Part shown: one piece after another, positions 42,061-55,269 of the stretch
Position numbering within the stretch: the first letter of the stretch is position 1
How the letters are laid out: each line of letters begins with the position of its first letter
NCBI GenBank assembly: GCA_951406725.2
Contig: OX597814.1
Coordinates: 112,592,001-112,656,000 of the forward strand
DNA: 64,000 bases
Direction: 5' to 3'
DNA from: Octopus vulgaris
Taxonomy: Eukaryota
The notes under the pieces: model-generated
Seen by the model: only the letters and a program-made list of their open reading frames with translations
Database searches by the model: none
What the model was told of the DNA's origin: nothing
Program-made: the position numbers and the translations under genes

Positions 42061-42895
42061 TTCGGAATAAAATTCCTTCTTCAGATATTCTTAGATGAAG
42101 TCGCTGCCATAATCCGTTTTCCAACGGCTTTTCTTTTTTCGGAAGTGTCTCAGCAGTGGTCTCACGAAGATCCTTCCGGAATTCCTCATGAGAAGTGTGT
42201 CTCAATCTCCTGTGTGTTTGTACACCTATAGCGCTGCTTCTAAGTTATGTATTATACGTGCAGTTTCCGTTTTTTCCCCTTCTTTTTTTCTCTTCTCTTT
42301 GTTTTTTTTTTATAAACAATAGATTGTATGAACGTATATTTGCGGGTGCGTCTTTGATTACGTCTCTGTGTGCGTATTTGTGTAAACGTTTATGTGAATA
42401 CTTTATATATATTAATGGACTAGCAGCATAGCCCGGCGTTTCCCGGGTAGGAAACTTTGTCGATAAGCAATGCCCTTTACCTTTTTACCCTTTTTTTATA
42501 CTCATTGAACCGCTATTTTATAAAATGAAGCCTAAAAGGCATTAAGGCATTCAAGGCACCGTTCCCTTGCATGCATGAAGAAAATCTATGACAGTCAAAG
42601 TGCATTTTCTGGTTTTGTTTAGCACACCCAACCCAGTTCTGCGGGATCAGTGTCGCGACGGGAACGCATGGGTTGGGAGTTTGACAGGCAGAGGTGATAA
42701 GGTTGCACATGCCGGCCCTTTTGATACCGCCCCCCGAACCCAAATTGGAAGCGGACCACAGCTAAGCCCTACCTAATCCTAACTTAAGTCTTGCGAAAGA
42801 GGCGTCGGGAGCCTCTAGTAGGCAACGACTAATCCCGATCTAGTCCTTTCCCTCTAGGGAACGAAGGCGCATGTGTATGTTGCAACGTCTTCTCT

Positions 42896-45800
42896 TCACT
42901 CCAATACTTCTGTGTATACGACGTTCCTAGCTGTCGCTTTGGGCGAAAACATGAAAACACCATTGCGCCTCCCAACGCGTGAACAGACCACGTAGAGTTG
43001 ACCGTGGGCGAAGCACTGTTCGCCCAAATGTAACCCAGCGACTTGTAGCGTTTGGCCTTGGGATTTATTGATGGACATTGCGAAGTAGAGTTTAACAGGA
43101 AACTGAGAACGCCTGAAGTGGATTGGTAGGTTAGCGCCCGACGGTTGAAGGTGCATGCGTGGAATGAAGTCGTCCTCTCCCTTTCCACAACCGGTAAGTA
43201 TTGTGGCCGTTATTAAATGTGGTGCCAAATGTTTCACAACCAGACGTGTGCCGTTGCACTGTTTAGGTGGAACCAAATTCCTGATGAGCATAATGGGAAC
43301 ACCGACTTTTAACTTCAGGTTGTGTGGCGGCAGGTATGGCAGTTCAAGTGAATTCAGGAATTCAACGAGATAATCGGCAAGCCCGGCGGGGTCTGCTGTC
43401 CTATCTATAGATTTGTAGACGTGGACATCACCAGGAATAGCTTCAAGTAGCTGGATATTGATGGAGTTGACGGTTGTATTTTTGGGTGCGAGAATAGCTC
43501 TGCCTGTCAGCCATTTTAGGTCGCGTAAATTGTTTTGTAGGTCGTGGAAGGCAGCGTCCCGGAGGCTAGCAGGGGTGTCGATAGTGGTGCAAGGTGAGTC
43601 CAATTGAACGCAGCCGTCCGCATCAGCCGGCATCCTATTTTCAACGAGCGATAAAAGGTCCCTGGAGAATGCAACGGATCGGCTGTCACCAATCAACTGC
43701 AAGCGCATGTTAGTTTGGAGGTGCAAGGGCCGCAAATGTGCCCAAAGAGCTGACGACTTAAGGCACGCGCGCACGGCATCGGCACGGGTTTCTTTAGGAA
43801 TAACAGGTAGAGTCTGTCTGAAGTCTCCTGAAAGAAGTAAAGTCAATCCTCCCATGGGGGCCGTAGAGTCTCTGGTGTCTTGCTGGGACCTGTCCAGTGT
43901 CTCAAGGGCGCCTTTGTGTGCCATAGTGCACTCGTCCCATACGATGATTTCGTATCTGCGCAGAATGTCGGCTTATTCTGAGTTCTTGGCGATGTTGCAG
44001 ATAGGTGACTCGGACTTTGCCAGATCGAGCGGGAGTCTGAAGGCAGAGTGGGTGGTTCTGCCACCCGGAAGCAACGTGGTCGCGATACCAGAGAAAGCTA
44101 CAGAATTAGTTTCGTGACGAAGGTTTTGCCAGTGCCGCCAGGTGCGTCAAGGAAGTAAATCCCCCCATGTTGCTGTCTGACAGAATCTACGATGGTGTTG
44201 TAGGCTATGCGCTGGTCTGGAAGCAGTCGTGGTTCATTATCTTGGACATACTGGTGCAGTTCCTCAATGCAGTAGGAAGTTTCGCGTAACAATTCAGCAG
44301 ACATAACACTGGCGTGTTCGCATGTGGGTGGTGGAAGCAGAGCCACCCATATCGATGACAGCGTCTTCGAGTTGAATAAGCACGAAATTGTAAATGAAGT
44401 TAGTGAACGTGATCTCGACGGAAGGGCGGTGTTGCTGAGCCGTACGTAAGAAGTCCTGCACATGTCATCCTTGTATTTCATCCAGAGACTTAGTGGGTCA
44501 CTAAGCTGACATTTTTGAAGAAGGATTGCGAAAAGATGTCGTCGGGCCGAAGGTGTTTGCAGTAAAGCGCCCTCTGCCATAGTGGCTTCCCACTGGGAGT
44601 CATCCTCTAGAAGGCCAAGTCACATACATGCTTCCCTGAAGGTGTCGCACAGAACGCTATTGACGGTACGTATATTGCCGAAACCTGTTGGACCAGTGAC
44701 CTCATGTAGAAGGAGACGGAGGTAGAAGCATTCTTGCTGGTTTGGCGGGATGTTGTAAATTCGACCCAGGCAGGAGTCAAACTTGACGCCTGGGAAGCCT
44801 TCGACGTTTTGGCCGGATTTCCGTCGAACCCAGGTGTTGTTAGACCACATGAAGTACGATGGGACCTGGGGGTACAAAAGCGTTCGAGCGAAGTCATCAC
44901 GTTGGCACAATTTGAAGAAACCGGTCAACGTTGTGTCTTTAGGGTCTATGGCTACCTGCGCAGCAGTTTGCTCTGTGAAGTAAATCCGCTGTTCATTTTC
45001 CAAGTGTACAGCAAGCTGCACCACAGTCGGGTGTCTCTGATAGAGCGGGAAGCCGTAAATGCGCCAAAACGCTTCGTTGCTGCTGAGGTACCGGCCTGCC
45101 AAGTAGTTGGACACTTCGTCGCGACTGGTGGTCCTCTGGATGCTGAACATGGCAGCATCGCTGCCCTTGTTAATATATTTGCAGACATATTGTATTGACC
45201 TGATGGAGCTGCAGAACTCAACGTTGACGTGGGCTTTGAATATCTTCGACAGGAGAGGACAGTAGGGGACGATGTAGCTGTTGTCCACTTGATGTCGCCC
45301 AACCGTAATCGTGCGGCCTCCATTGGCTGGACTCCTTCGTTTGTACAGCGGATACCCATCGCCGCCTGTTTGAGTCTCCGAAGTGAACCGTTTAGGGAAT
45401 CCCTTTGAGCAGGCTAATCCGTTTTTGCAGCATGGTGTGTTGGCGTAATTTGGTCCGCAGAGCCCATGTACCATGGTAGTGCGGACAATTTCGTACAGTC
45501 CGGGGTCCTCATCTGGGTCAGGAATCTCGGCGGAAATGAATTTGTCAATGCCATTAGTCTCGATTTTATTAGTTAGCCAAATTAAGATGTGAGCATGTGG
45601 CAAGCCCCTCTTTTGCCACTCGACCGAAAGCATGTGGTACCTGGCATGCCCGAAAATCTGACCCTTAACTATCAAATCCATCATTTTTCCCAAATTCAGA
45701 CGGAAAACCCTAGCAACGATGTCGTGTCGATGGGTTTGAGACTGACCCGGGGGGAGTTCGCGAGTGATTTCGTCGCAGTTGGGATTGCATGTGTAGGTGA

Positions 45801-47704
45801 TAAAGAGGTCCGGCCGGCCGTAAATACGCACGTAGGTCAAGGCGTCTTGGTTCCTCTCACGCATATATCGCGGTCCTCCCGTGAAGGTGGAGGGTAGAAT
45901 GCATGGCTTGCCGATGTTGCGAGGGTCATTTTCTTGTTGCAAGCCGTCACGAAGATGAATGTAGGAGTCGGAGTGAAGTTTGGTCTGATTAAGTTTAATG
46001 TATAGCAGCACTTTTCCGATTCCATTTTGGCGGCCATGTCGACGGCGAACTGGTTGAATAGCTGACGACAACGGGGCAATAAGTTGAACTCACCCTCCCT
46101 GACCATGAACCGGTATGAGTAGAACGCCCTGCAGGAAACCGTCTTTGATGCCGCAGTAGTTTGATTGGAGGGCTGCCGTAAAGGAATTCCGATAGGTAGC
46201 CGTCTTCCCCATAAGGGAAAAGCAATTGATACTGAAGCGCGTCATAAGATCTGTGAGTCTCGCTGATCCTGCGTAAGCAGTTACCACGGGAGGAGATGAT
46301 TATATCACGGCTGTTGTGTTGCTCTCCGTGTATGACTGCGGCAATTTCGTTGCACGCAGGTGCGTTGAAACGGCGTTCGTGCTCCCCGTGGGGTCATTTA
46401 TCAGCATCAATGACAACAGTGAAGTCTGGAGACGGAGCACTGTCCAAGGCATACCTGAAGCTGCGGACGTAGCTGTTGATATCATGAAGCATGGTTTGAA
46501 GACGGAGAAGAACGTTTCTGCGGGGAACATAGCATGTACCCGGTATTATTCCAAGGCGTGCATCAACCTGCTGGTTGTAGTCGGCAATGAAGTAGATTTG
46601 GAGGAAAGAAGACTGCTGAATCTCGTCTAGCAGAGTGGTCCAATAAGATGGTAGACCTGTCCCTGCACTTTGGAAGTAGGCATCCAGCCTTCTCTAGGAG
46701 GAATTTTGGCCCCGAAAGAGGTGATTTGGAATGAGCAGTTGTACTTTCGAATGATTTCAAGGAATTGTGACGATTCGGGGGTTAAACCCGCCGCGAGATC
46801 CTTCAGCGGTTGAGGTGGTTCCCGTAGGGGTGGCAGGTCCACTTTGCCACCAGAGCAGCACAAACCAGGTGGCTCTCCGGGCCATTTCTTGGCTTTGCAA
46901 AACTGGCATACAATTGTCATTGACCCTATCTTGATGTCGTCACGCAAGGAGAAGTTAATTGTGGCGTCGTAGTTGAATGCTAGTGACGACCAGAAAGAGG
47001 GGTACGTACACCACGAATGATATCCCGACGTTGGTTGATACTCTCAAGTCGAGTGCGCCGTGCCTCAGCAGATTGAGATGCGCATGCGACAGCGGTAGCA
47101 GTGGCATCCCTTGAAAGCCTTTCAGCTCTCGCCTCAGCACTCTCTGAAGCCCTAGCAGAAGCAGTGTTAATGGAATCTCTGGATGTCCGAATAGTTCGTT
47201 GGTCTGGAGTTTCGGCAGATCGAGCCATGGCTGTGTTTGCGGCGTTAGCAGCTTAGCGAGCTCTCCTCTGTTGTGGTGTTTCGGCAGATCGGGCCATGTC
47301 TGTATTTGCGGCGTCAGCAGCTTGGCGAGTTCCCTCTGCTGTGGGGTTTCGACAGATCGTGTCCTGGCGGTGCTAGCGGCGTTAGCCGCATTCCGAATGA
47401 CCCTTTGTTCGGTGTTCTCGCGAGATCTGCGGATGGAAGCACAGGAAGAAGCCCGCATGTTTTGGCTGGACTGTTGCTCTTTCGTCAACCTCGAGCGGAG
47501 GGAAGATCTGTACGCTGCGACCCTTGCAAGTCGGGTAGAACGGTCGCTAGTAGTTTCAGATGCCTGAGCAGCGGCAGAAGGGGAAGCTTTTTGCGAAAGG
47601 AGCAAGGCGGTTTCCTCGTGGGTCTCGCGTGCCCTTCTAGCCCTAGCAGCCGATGCCTTGGCCATTCGAGGGCTGAGGAATGTCCTTCTCTTCTTGGGTG
47701 GCAT
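42896..47704 (-). pseudogene. Helitron RepHel protein (Zn finger + HUH Rep + PIF1-type SF1 helicase), multiple frameshifts
   Basis: Consecutive ORF pieces: MPPKKRR start (47704); CQFCKAKKWPGEPPGLCCSGGKV; Rep motifs FITYTCNP, VEWQKRGLPHAHILIW, YVCKYINKG; Walker A FLDAPGGTGKTF; helicase motifs LLSGDFRQTLPV, FAMSINKSQGQTL, HGQLYVVCSRV; stop at 42896. Confidence 0.93.
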
Positions 47705-49085
47705 TTTGGTGGATAGCAATGTGTTTGGCAAAGGTGTAATAAAAAGGAACACGTGGGGTAAGTATCACAAAATGTATAAAAATGTACAAAAACGGAAAAA
47801 AAGCGGGCAGCAATGTGAGTGACAACAACGAAAAAACGAAAAGTGACCAAACTGAACAAACGAATGGAAAAGGTTTTTTGGTGCACACGACAAAAGCGGC
47901 TTATAATAAACCAAGAGTTTGCAAGTAGCGTCCGAGGACCCTTAGGGTACGTCAAAAATTTAAGGTAAATCGTTTGGGGTGGTAGTTATAAAGAAAGTTT
48001 AAACAAAAAAAGTATTCGAATAACTTGCGGCTGCAGCAGCGATTAGCAGAAGTAAGCCAACGTGTGAAGCGAGCGGGTGTGAACCGAGAGAAGAAGTGGG
48101 AGTCACAAACTATATGCACACAACTGAGTGTGTCAGTCCATGTGATTGGCCAAAGGGTGTTTAATTGAGAGCATTGTTCACCGTTTGGGGAGCCAATGGG
48201 AAGAGCTGCAATCATCGTGTCAAGGACACGCGCGCACGTGCGCACACAACAGCAAACGTATCTACAGCCCAACATTGCTCGGATTTGAAGCAAAAGGAAA
48301 ACATATGCCATTTCTAGTAACCTTTATGATAAAAGCGGCAAAAATCGACTAAATCGCCTGAAATCCGCCAACTATTTAACAAAAGTAAGTTTTGTAGGGT
48401 TCGCATGGTCGGTCTCAAAGTGATATGGTTTTATCGATTTCTCCCAATACTTGTTAACTGCATTGACAAAAGGTTGTTAGTTTGACATTTAATGCAAACT
48501 TGATGTCCAACATCGGTGTAGGGAAAATCTATGTGAACTTTCAAAAAATATCGCAGAAAAATCGGTTTGCTATGTGTGCCACATATGATGTAATTAACCG
48601 ATTTTTTCCAGTAATAACGTATCCTATTGGAATCAAAAGGGCCATATAGCTCCTTGGAGCAGACATGATTCACGCTGTGAATTTAAGAAAAAATTCCTGC
48701 CAAATTGTTAAAGATATTGTCAAAAATATGTCATCTTGAATTTGAACGCGATTTCCCAAAATGGCATGATTTTATCGATTTTTTCTGATGGTAAGGTATT
48801 GCATGGAAAACTAACGCCAGAATTAAGTTCCTTAGGGTAACATTAAGCTTCACCATGAGTTTGATGAAAATCGATTGCAAGTTGCGAAAACTACAACGGA
48901 AAATGTGTTGCATATGATAAGCTTAGATTCTCGACCCCATGTCGAATTTATCGATTTTTTTTCAGAGCTGGGGGAACTTTTCAAAATTTTCGCTGCGTTA
49001 GTTTTGAATTATGACATTGGGCTATGTGTGTGTCAAGTTTCATCAGAATCGGTTGAAAGCCGTGGTCAGGGTCAGGGTACAACCT

Positions 49086-49145
49086 GACAGACACACAGAC
49101 ACACAGACACACAGACACACAGACACACAGACACACAGACAGACA
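49086..49145 (-). repeat. (GTCTGTGT)n subterminal microsatellite of the Helitron
   Basis: ACACAGAC tandem units about 25 bp inside the 5' end. Confidence 0.85.
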
Positions 49146-50040
49146 AACTGCCTTTTATATAGAGAGAGATAAATATATGTATATGTGTTTATGTATGTGT
49201 GTCTGAGCGTGTAGTTGTACGTGCATGCGTGAGTCTATGTGTGCGTATGTGTATGTGCATGTATTATACTTATATACGCATGAGTGTGTCTATGTATGTG
49301 TGTGTGTGTGCATGTATTACATGCGAGGCCAGTGGTTTATCAGTTTGACTTCTGTTAAGGTAAACACCAACGCACGTCATCCCACGTGACCCCCCACGTC
49401 ATACCACGTCATCCAAAGCCATCCAACGTCGCCACTGACAATCACTATTTGTCTACGTGAGTAGAATTTGAACTAGAGTCGCTTCCCTCCGCTTCGCTTT
49501 CACACAAACTACCAACAACACCATCTACTTCCTTCCCTTTTATTTTCTTCTTCATTTCTTTCTGTTTTAAGGTTCTTTATATGCGAGGAACCACGTCCCC
49601 TTCTTATTCGCTAATATCCATTCACTTCCTATCGAACTTTCTATTTAACTCTCACCCTATCTCCATTACTCCCTCTATTCGATTCAATCACCCTCTCCCT
49701 CTTTCTCTTTTTTATTTTCTTTCATTCTCATTTTCTTTCATTTTCCTTCTGTTTCTTTCCTATAGTTCTTTAACAACAATTATCCTCCTTCAATTTCTAC
49801 CCTTTAATACGGGACATTATTCACTTCTGGTCTCATCTATTTAACGCCTTTCAGATTTCCTCACACTTTGTTCCTTTTCTTCAAACATAACTTGTGCTTT
49901 CTACCTACCTCTCAGACTCTCTCATGTGCGTATGTATGTAAACATGTATGTATGTATGTATGTATGTATGTATGTATGTATATATATATGTATATATATG
50001 TATATATATGTATATATGTATATATGTATATATATATGTA

Positions 50041-50177
<137 letters not shown>

Positions 50178-50858
50178 TCGCTCTTGGACCCGACGAGACC
50201 TCCCGCTCGTTTCTGGGACCGTCGCTTGTCGTTGGGTTCTCCCACGCCCGTCTCCGCGGGACCACTCTTCCATCTTCCCCTCAGCTGGAGTCCTTTTTCC
50301 TTAACCCCCCTTTTTTGTTACACACACGCGCACACATATACACACCCACTCACAGACACACATTGCTTAAATATATACATTACTCTTACACACATTCAAT
50401 CTACTCGCCATTAATACTACCACGACACTGGACACACACACACACTACTACTCAACACACGCTGGCACGCTACATACGCCCCCACCCCTTCCCCTCCCTC
50501 CCTTCCTCCTTCCTTCATTTTCTTACTACTGACCACTGTCTGCTATGCCTACTACTGTCTCGCCCTACCTCACACGCCTACACACAGACGCACACACTAA
50601 CACATACATATATTTTTTGTTTTTTTATCTCGCCTCACACAAACATACACACACACACACGCACACACTCACACATACACACACATCTGTTGCGTTACCA
50701 ACCCTGTCTCCACTCTTTTGGCTTTAAAAACCTACTTTGCTCTTGTTATCGTAAACTTCCGCCTTTCACCATGTGTACTTCGTAAACACCAGTCGTTTTT
50801 TTCTCCATCTCCTGTTGCCCGCTTTGGGATCTTTCTTTCCTCTCTCTTCCTTCTTTAT

Positions 50859-50893
50859 GTTTCCGACGAAGAGCTCCGCTCGAAACGTCATAC
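50859..50893 (+). ncRNA. Hammerhead motif (family F3), CCGACGA core variant
   Basis: GTTT-CCGACGA-A-GAGC-TCC-GCTC-GAA-ACGT-C-ATAC. Confidence 0.55.
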
Positions 50894-50986
50894 CTTCCTG
50901 CTTCCATATTTCCTGAGCGCCTATTAATAATAATACTGTAATTGTTCCACTGTTGTTGTTTTTTTTTTTGTTTTCCCGTTTGGATT

Positions 50987-51034
<48 letters not shown>

Positions 51035-51036
<2 letters not shown>

Positions 51037-51353
51037 TAGGATAAATTTTTTTCGAAAAAACATTTTATCAATGGCCAGTATATTAAAAAATACCTTTAAA
51101 GGTTAAATTTGTAAACTTATAAACAAGGGCAAAAAAAAAGAAAATTTCTAATGCCAAATATGCCGAAACTAGACAACGTCCTTGGCCATATAATTCATCA
51201 CTATAAGCACGTTTCTCGAAGAAAACCGACAGAAATTTCTAAAAAATTCCCTTATTACCAAATATAATATGGTAATAACGGAATTTTTTAGAAATCTCTG
51301 TCGGTTTTCTTCGAAAAACGTGCTTATAGTGATGAATTATGTGTTTATAAGTT

Positions 51354-51358
<5 letters not shown>
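51035..51358. mobile_element. Fold-back element F1
   Basis: Arms about 51190-51260 and 51270-51340. Same leading sequence as 21528. Confidence 0.62.
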
Positions 51359-51389
<31 letters not shown>

Positions 51390-51409
51390 GATGAGTTCAG
51401 TAAAAATTT

Positions 51410-51650
51410 AGATTCAGATGAATATGGTACTTAAGTTGAGGCACCAGAATTTAGTACGGTATTATGCATACAATTTCAAAATAAGGTGATTAAAATCAAA
51501 GAAGCAACAAGGATATCCAGAGTTAATGCAGTGCGATCGCTTCAAGCAACTCCGTTTAATTGAACAATGCAATCATTGTCCAATTAAATGGAGTTGCATG
51601 AAACGATCGTACTGCGTTACCTCTGGATATCCTTGTTGTTTATTTTGATT
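51410..51650. mobile_element. Fold-back element F2
   Basis: Near-spacerless hairpin 51494-51650. Starts GATTCAGATGAATATGGTACTTAA. Confidence 0.62.
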
Positions 51651-51653
51651 ATA

Positions 51654-51691
<38 letters not shown>

Positions 51692-51820
51692 GTGGTACTC
51701 ATCACATTCAGTAGAAGGTGTATTTATTGCTTAAATCAGTTTTATTTGGTTCTGTGCCACTACAAGTTTCGCAGGACACTAATGGGATCCCGACACTTTC
51801 AGGCTTCGGAATACCGAGAG

Positions 51821-51870
51821 GCCTGAAGGAGTCGCGCTCCCGTGAGGGGGCCGGCGAAACGTGAAGTAGC
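51821..51870 (+). ncRNA. Degenerate hammerhead-like motif in an old inverted repeat
   Basis: GC-CTGAAGGA-GTCG..CGGC-GAA-ACGTGAAGT-A-GC. Confidence 0.4.
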
Positions 51871-51902
51871 ACGGTACGGAATCAAAGTGCTTTAAGTAAT
51901 AT

Positions 51903-51991
<89 letters not shown>

Positions 51992-51994
<3 letters not shown>

Positions 51995-52640
51995 GTGCGG
52001 TGAATAAACTGTCGTCTAAATTACGCAAAAATTAAAATAACACTGACATCTCATTTTAACAGATATATTTATCAAATTTACATGAAAATATCTTGAAATA
52101 CCAAGGAGTAAATTTATTGAATAAAATCGCCATTGGCTTCAGCCACGGTCTCCAGACGGCTTCGGAATCTCCTGCAGCTCTTCTGGATGGTCACCTTGCT
52201 TAAGTTGGTGAATGTTGCTATACTCCTTGCCGTCAGTTCATCTTTGGTGCTACAAGGAGTTTTGTTGGTCTCTCGCTCAACTGCGCCCGACACAATAATC
52301 AAGGGGGCTGCAGTCTGGGGAGTTACGTGGCCAGATGTTAGGGGTAATTTGGTCGCAGAAATTGTCTGACAGCCATTTTTATCACTCGCGTTACATGTCC
52401 TCAGATTGCACTGTTGTCTGAAATGTTCGTATTAGAGCTTCCGGCGCGAATGCCAAGGAGTACACTATGCCGCTTCGAAATTACTGGCAGAGTGAATTGC
52501 GGCATGGTGCTGTTTTTTTCACAGACGGTGCCCAACTGACCCTACGGTACTGTGTGTGTAGGCGTCAAAATTAAAAATAAGCAATGCACATGCGCGAAAC
52601 TAAAGATATGGAATGGCGACAATTTACCCAATGCACCCCC
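51992..52640 (-). mobile_element. Tc1/mariner (DD37D/maT-like) internally deleted copy
   Basis: GAVERETNKTPCSTKDEL..CRRFRSRLETVAEANGDFI. Degenerate TIRs GGTGCGGTGAATAAACTGTCG and CGACAATTTACCCAATGCACC. Confidence 0.8.
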
Positions 52641-53072
52641 CATGTGTGTGTGTGTGTGTGTGTGCATTATAAATGCGCTATTTTATTAATTATCGGCAGA
52701 AGCTGCAGTGTGACTTGAGAGCCGTCAGTTTCGTACCAATGCGATGGAGTTGGTGAATGGTCATGATGATGATGATATATGATAATGTTAACATCGATTA
52801 CGACGGCGACGAAAATAACGTTGACAACTACGACGGTGACGATGATGATGATGATGATGACGATGATGATGATGACGACGAGGAAGACAACAATGATCAT
52901 AATGTTGATGATAATGATGATGACGACGACGACGAAGAGAAAAACAATGTGTAGAAAATAGAAGTCGTGGTGGTGGTGATGATGATAAGGATCATCATCA
53001 TCATCATCATCATCCTCATCACCACCATCATCATCATCGTTGACGTCGTCGTTATCATCATCATGACGACGA

Positions 53073-53103
<31 letters not shown>

Positions 53104-53779
53104 TATAATAATGATGTGGATGGGGATGCTGATCTCTCTCCTCTCTCTCTCTCTTAAATATACTTTCCATGACATCACAATTTCACGTTGGTTATACACA
53201 ACTCCACTCTCTCTCCTTCTCTCTCCCTCTCTCTCTTCTACTCTCTCTTCCTCTCTCTCTGTCTCTATCTCTCTCCCACATTCTCCTTCTCTCTCAAATA
53301 TACATTCCATGACATCACAATTTTCTCCTTGGTTATACACATCTCCACTCTCATTCTCTCTTCTCTCTCTCCTCCACTTTGTCGTCCTCCACCTCCACAA
53401 TATCCCAGCCCTCCCCACCACCACACACACACACACACAGTTACTCCCACCCCATACCATCCATTCCCATTTTGTGGACAATAACTGAGATGGAAACCAA
53501 TGACAGGATCATCCTGATCGATCGCACTAAGCCATTTTCTCCAGCGATCAATGTTGATTCAACAAAGGTTCGTTTACCTTTATCTCTGCTTATCAATCTC
53601 TGCCCCTCTCCTCTCCCACCCTCTCTCTCCTCCTTCTCTCTCTCTCTTTCACTTGTATACACCTATCACACACACGCATAAGCACTCACTCACACTCAAA
53701 CACATAGATACATGCATATACAAATACACATACGTATAATATACATACTCACATATTCATATGTGTGTGTACATATACG

Positions 53780-53818
<39 letters not shown>

Positions 53819-53850
53819 ATATATGTATATATATGTATGTATATATATAC

Positions 53851-54018
53851 ACAAGGGGTTTCTTCCACTTTCCGTCTACCAAATTCATTGACAAGGCTTT
53901 GGTTCGACCCGAGGGTATGGTAGAAGACACTTGCCTCCAAGATGCCACGCAGAGGGACTGAACCCGGAATCATGTAGTTGGGAAGCAAGCTTCTTACGAC
54001 GCAGCCACACCTGTGCCT
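53851..54018 (-). mobile_element. SINE family A, 5' half
   Basis: Homology to the SINE A head. Confidence 0.75.
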
Positions 54019-54019
54019 G

Positions 54020-54080
<61 letters not shown>

Positions 54081-54082
<2 letters not shown>

Positions 54083-54590
54083 AGGCGCAATGGCCCGATG
54101 GTTAGGGCAGCGGACTCGCGGTCGTAGGATCGTGGTTTCGATTCCCAGACCGGGCGTTGTGAGTGTTTATTGAGCGAAAACACCTAAAGCTCCACGACGC
54201 TCCGGCAGGGGGTGGTGTACTCTTTTGCCTACTGTACAACTTTCTCTCACTGTTTCTACTGTTGGCCTGCTCGCTTAGCCAGCGGGGTGGCGTCATTTGA
54301 AGACTAAAACAATGCGAAGCGCATTGTGACCAGGATCGCGGTTTCGATTCCCAGACCGGGCGTTGTGAGTGTTTATTGAGCGAAAACACCTAAAAGCACC
54401 ACGAGGCTCCGGCAGGGGGTGGTGATCCCTGCTGTACTCTTTCACCACTCTTTCTCCCACTCTTTCATCTGTTAGCCTGCTCGCTTAGCCAGCGGGGTGG
54501 CGTCATTCGAAGGCTAAAACAATGCGAACGCATTGTGACCAGCGATGTGTAACAACATCTGATGGTCTGGTCGGTCACGTGATCACGTGA
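54081..54590 (+). mobile_element. SINE family C with internal ~205-bp duplication
   Basis: AGGATCG(T/C)GGTTTCGATTCCCAGACC occurs at about 54126 and 54332. Tail TCACGTGATCACGTGA. Confidence 0.82.
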
Positions 54591-54594
54591 TATA

Positions 54595-54627
<33 letters not shown>

Positions 54628-54628
<1 letters not shown>

Positions 54629-55255
54629 ACTTATAAATAAGGGCAGACGAAAAAATATGCCGAAAATTGGACATATTGTCCATTACCATATAATTTTTCA
54701 CAATATGCACGCTACTCGAAAAAAAGCCGACATAAATCTCTAAAAAATTCCATTATTACCATATCGGACCGATTTCAGGGCTAGTTCGTAAGAACCCTCC
54801 CTTCGTCAGTGATAAATGTGACAAAAGAAATAAATGAGATACTTACTCATACCCATGGAAGAAGCAAAACACTAAGTCATGAGCTCAACTAAGTACCCCA
54901 AATACATCCAAGATAGAAATTATCCAGACCATTCAAGACACGTGCGATTTGAACTGAATAATTTTGAACTGATATTTTTTAATATGCTGGCCACTGATAA
55001 AATTTTTTTTCCGAAAAAATTTTATCCTACATTAAATCTATATTTAAGTGTTCACTTCCGGACTCTCTCATGTGAGAGCCTCAGTTCAAATCGCACGTTC
55101 TTGAATGGGCTGGAGGATTTCTATTTTGGATGTATTTGGGGTACTTAGTTGTGTTCATGACTTAGTGTTTTGCTTCCTCCATGGGTATGAGTAAGTATCT
55201 CATTTATTTCTTTTGTCACATTTATCACTGACGAAGGGAGGGTTCTTACGAACTA
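54628..55255. mobile_element. Fold-back element F1
   Basis: Arms 54782-54957 and 55081-55255. Shares sequence with 21610-21848. Confidence 0.65.
54762..54814 (-). ncRNA. Minimal type I hammerhead motif (family F1)
   Basis: UAUCA-CUGACGA-AGGG..CCCU-GAA-AUCGGU-C-CGAUA. Confidence 0.68.
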
Positions 55256-55269
55256 ATATATATATATTT

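Larger units (their letters stand above)
42420..49169 (-). mobile_element. Full-length Helitron (rolling-circle transposon), coding region decayed
   Basis: Minus-strand 5' end A|TCTCTCTCTATATAAAAGGCAG at 49169. 3' end has hairpin CCCGG-GAAACG-CCGGG then CTATGCTGCTAG|T at 42420. Inserted between A and T with no TSD. Rep and helicase motifs inside. Confidence 0.93.

Noticed and set aside
43155-47716. Plus-strand ORFs over the Helitron
   Set aside because: Antisense shadows of GC-rich RepHel coding sequence.
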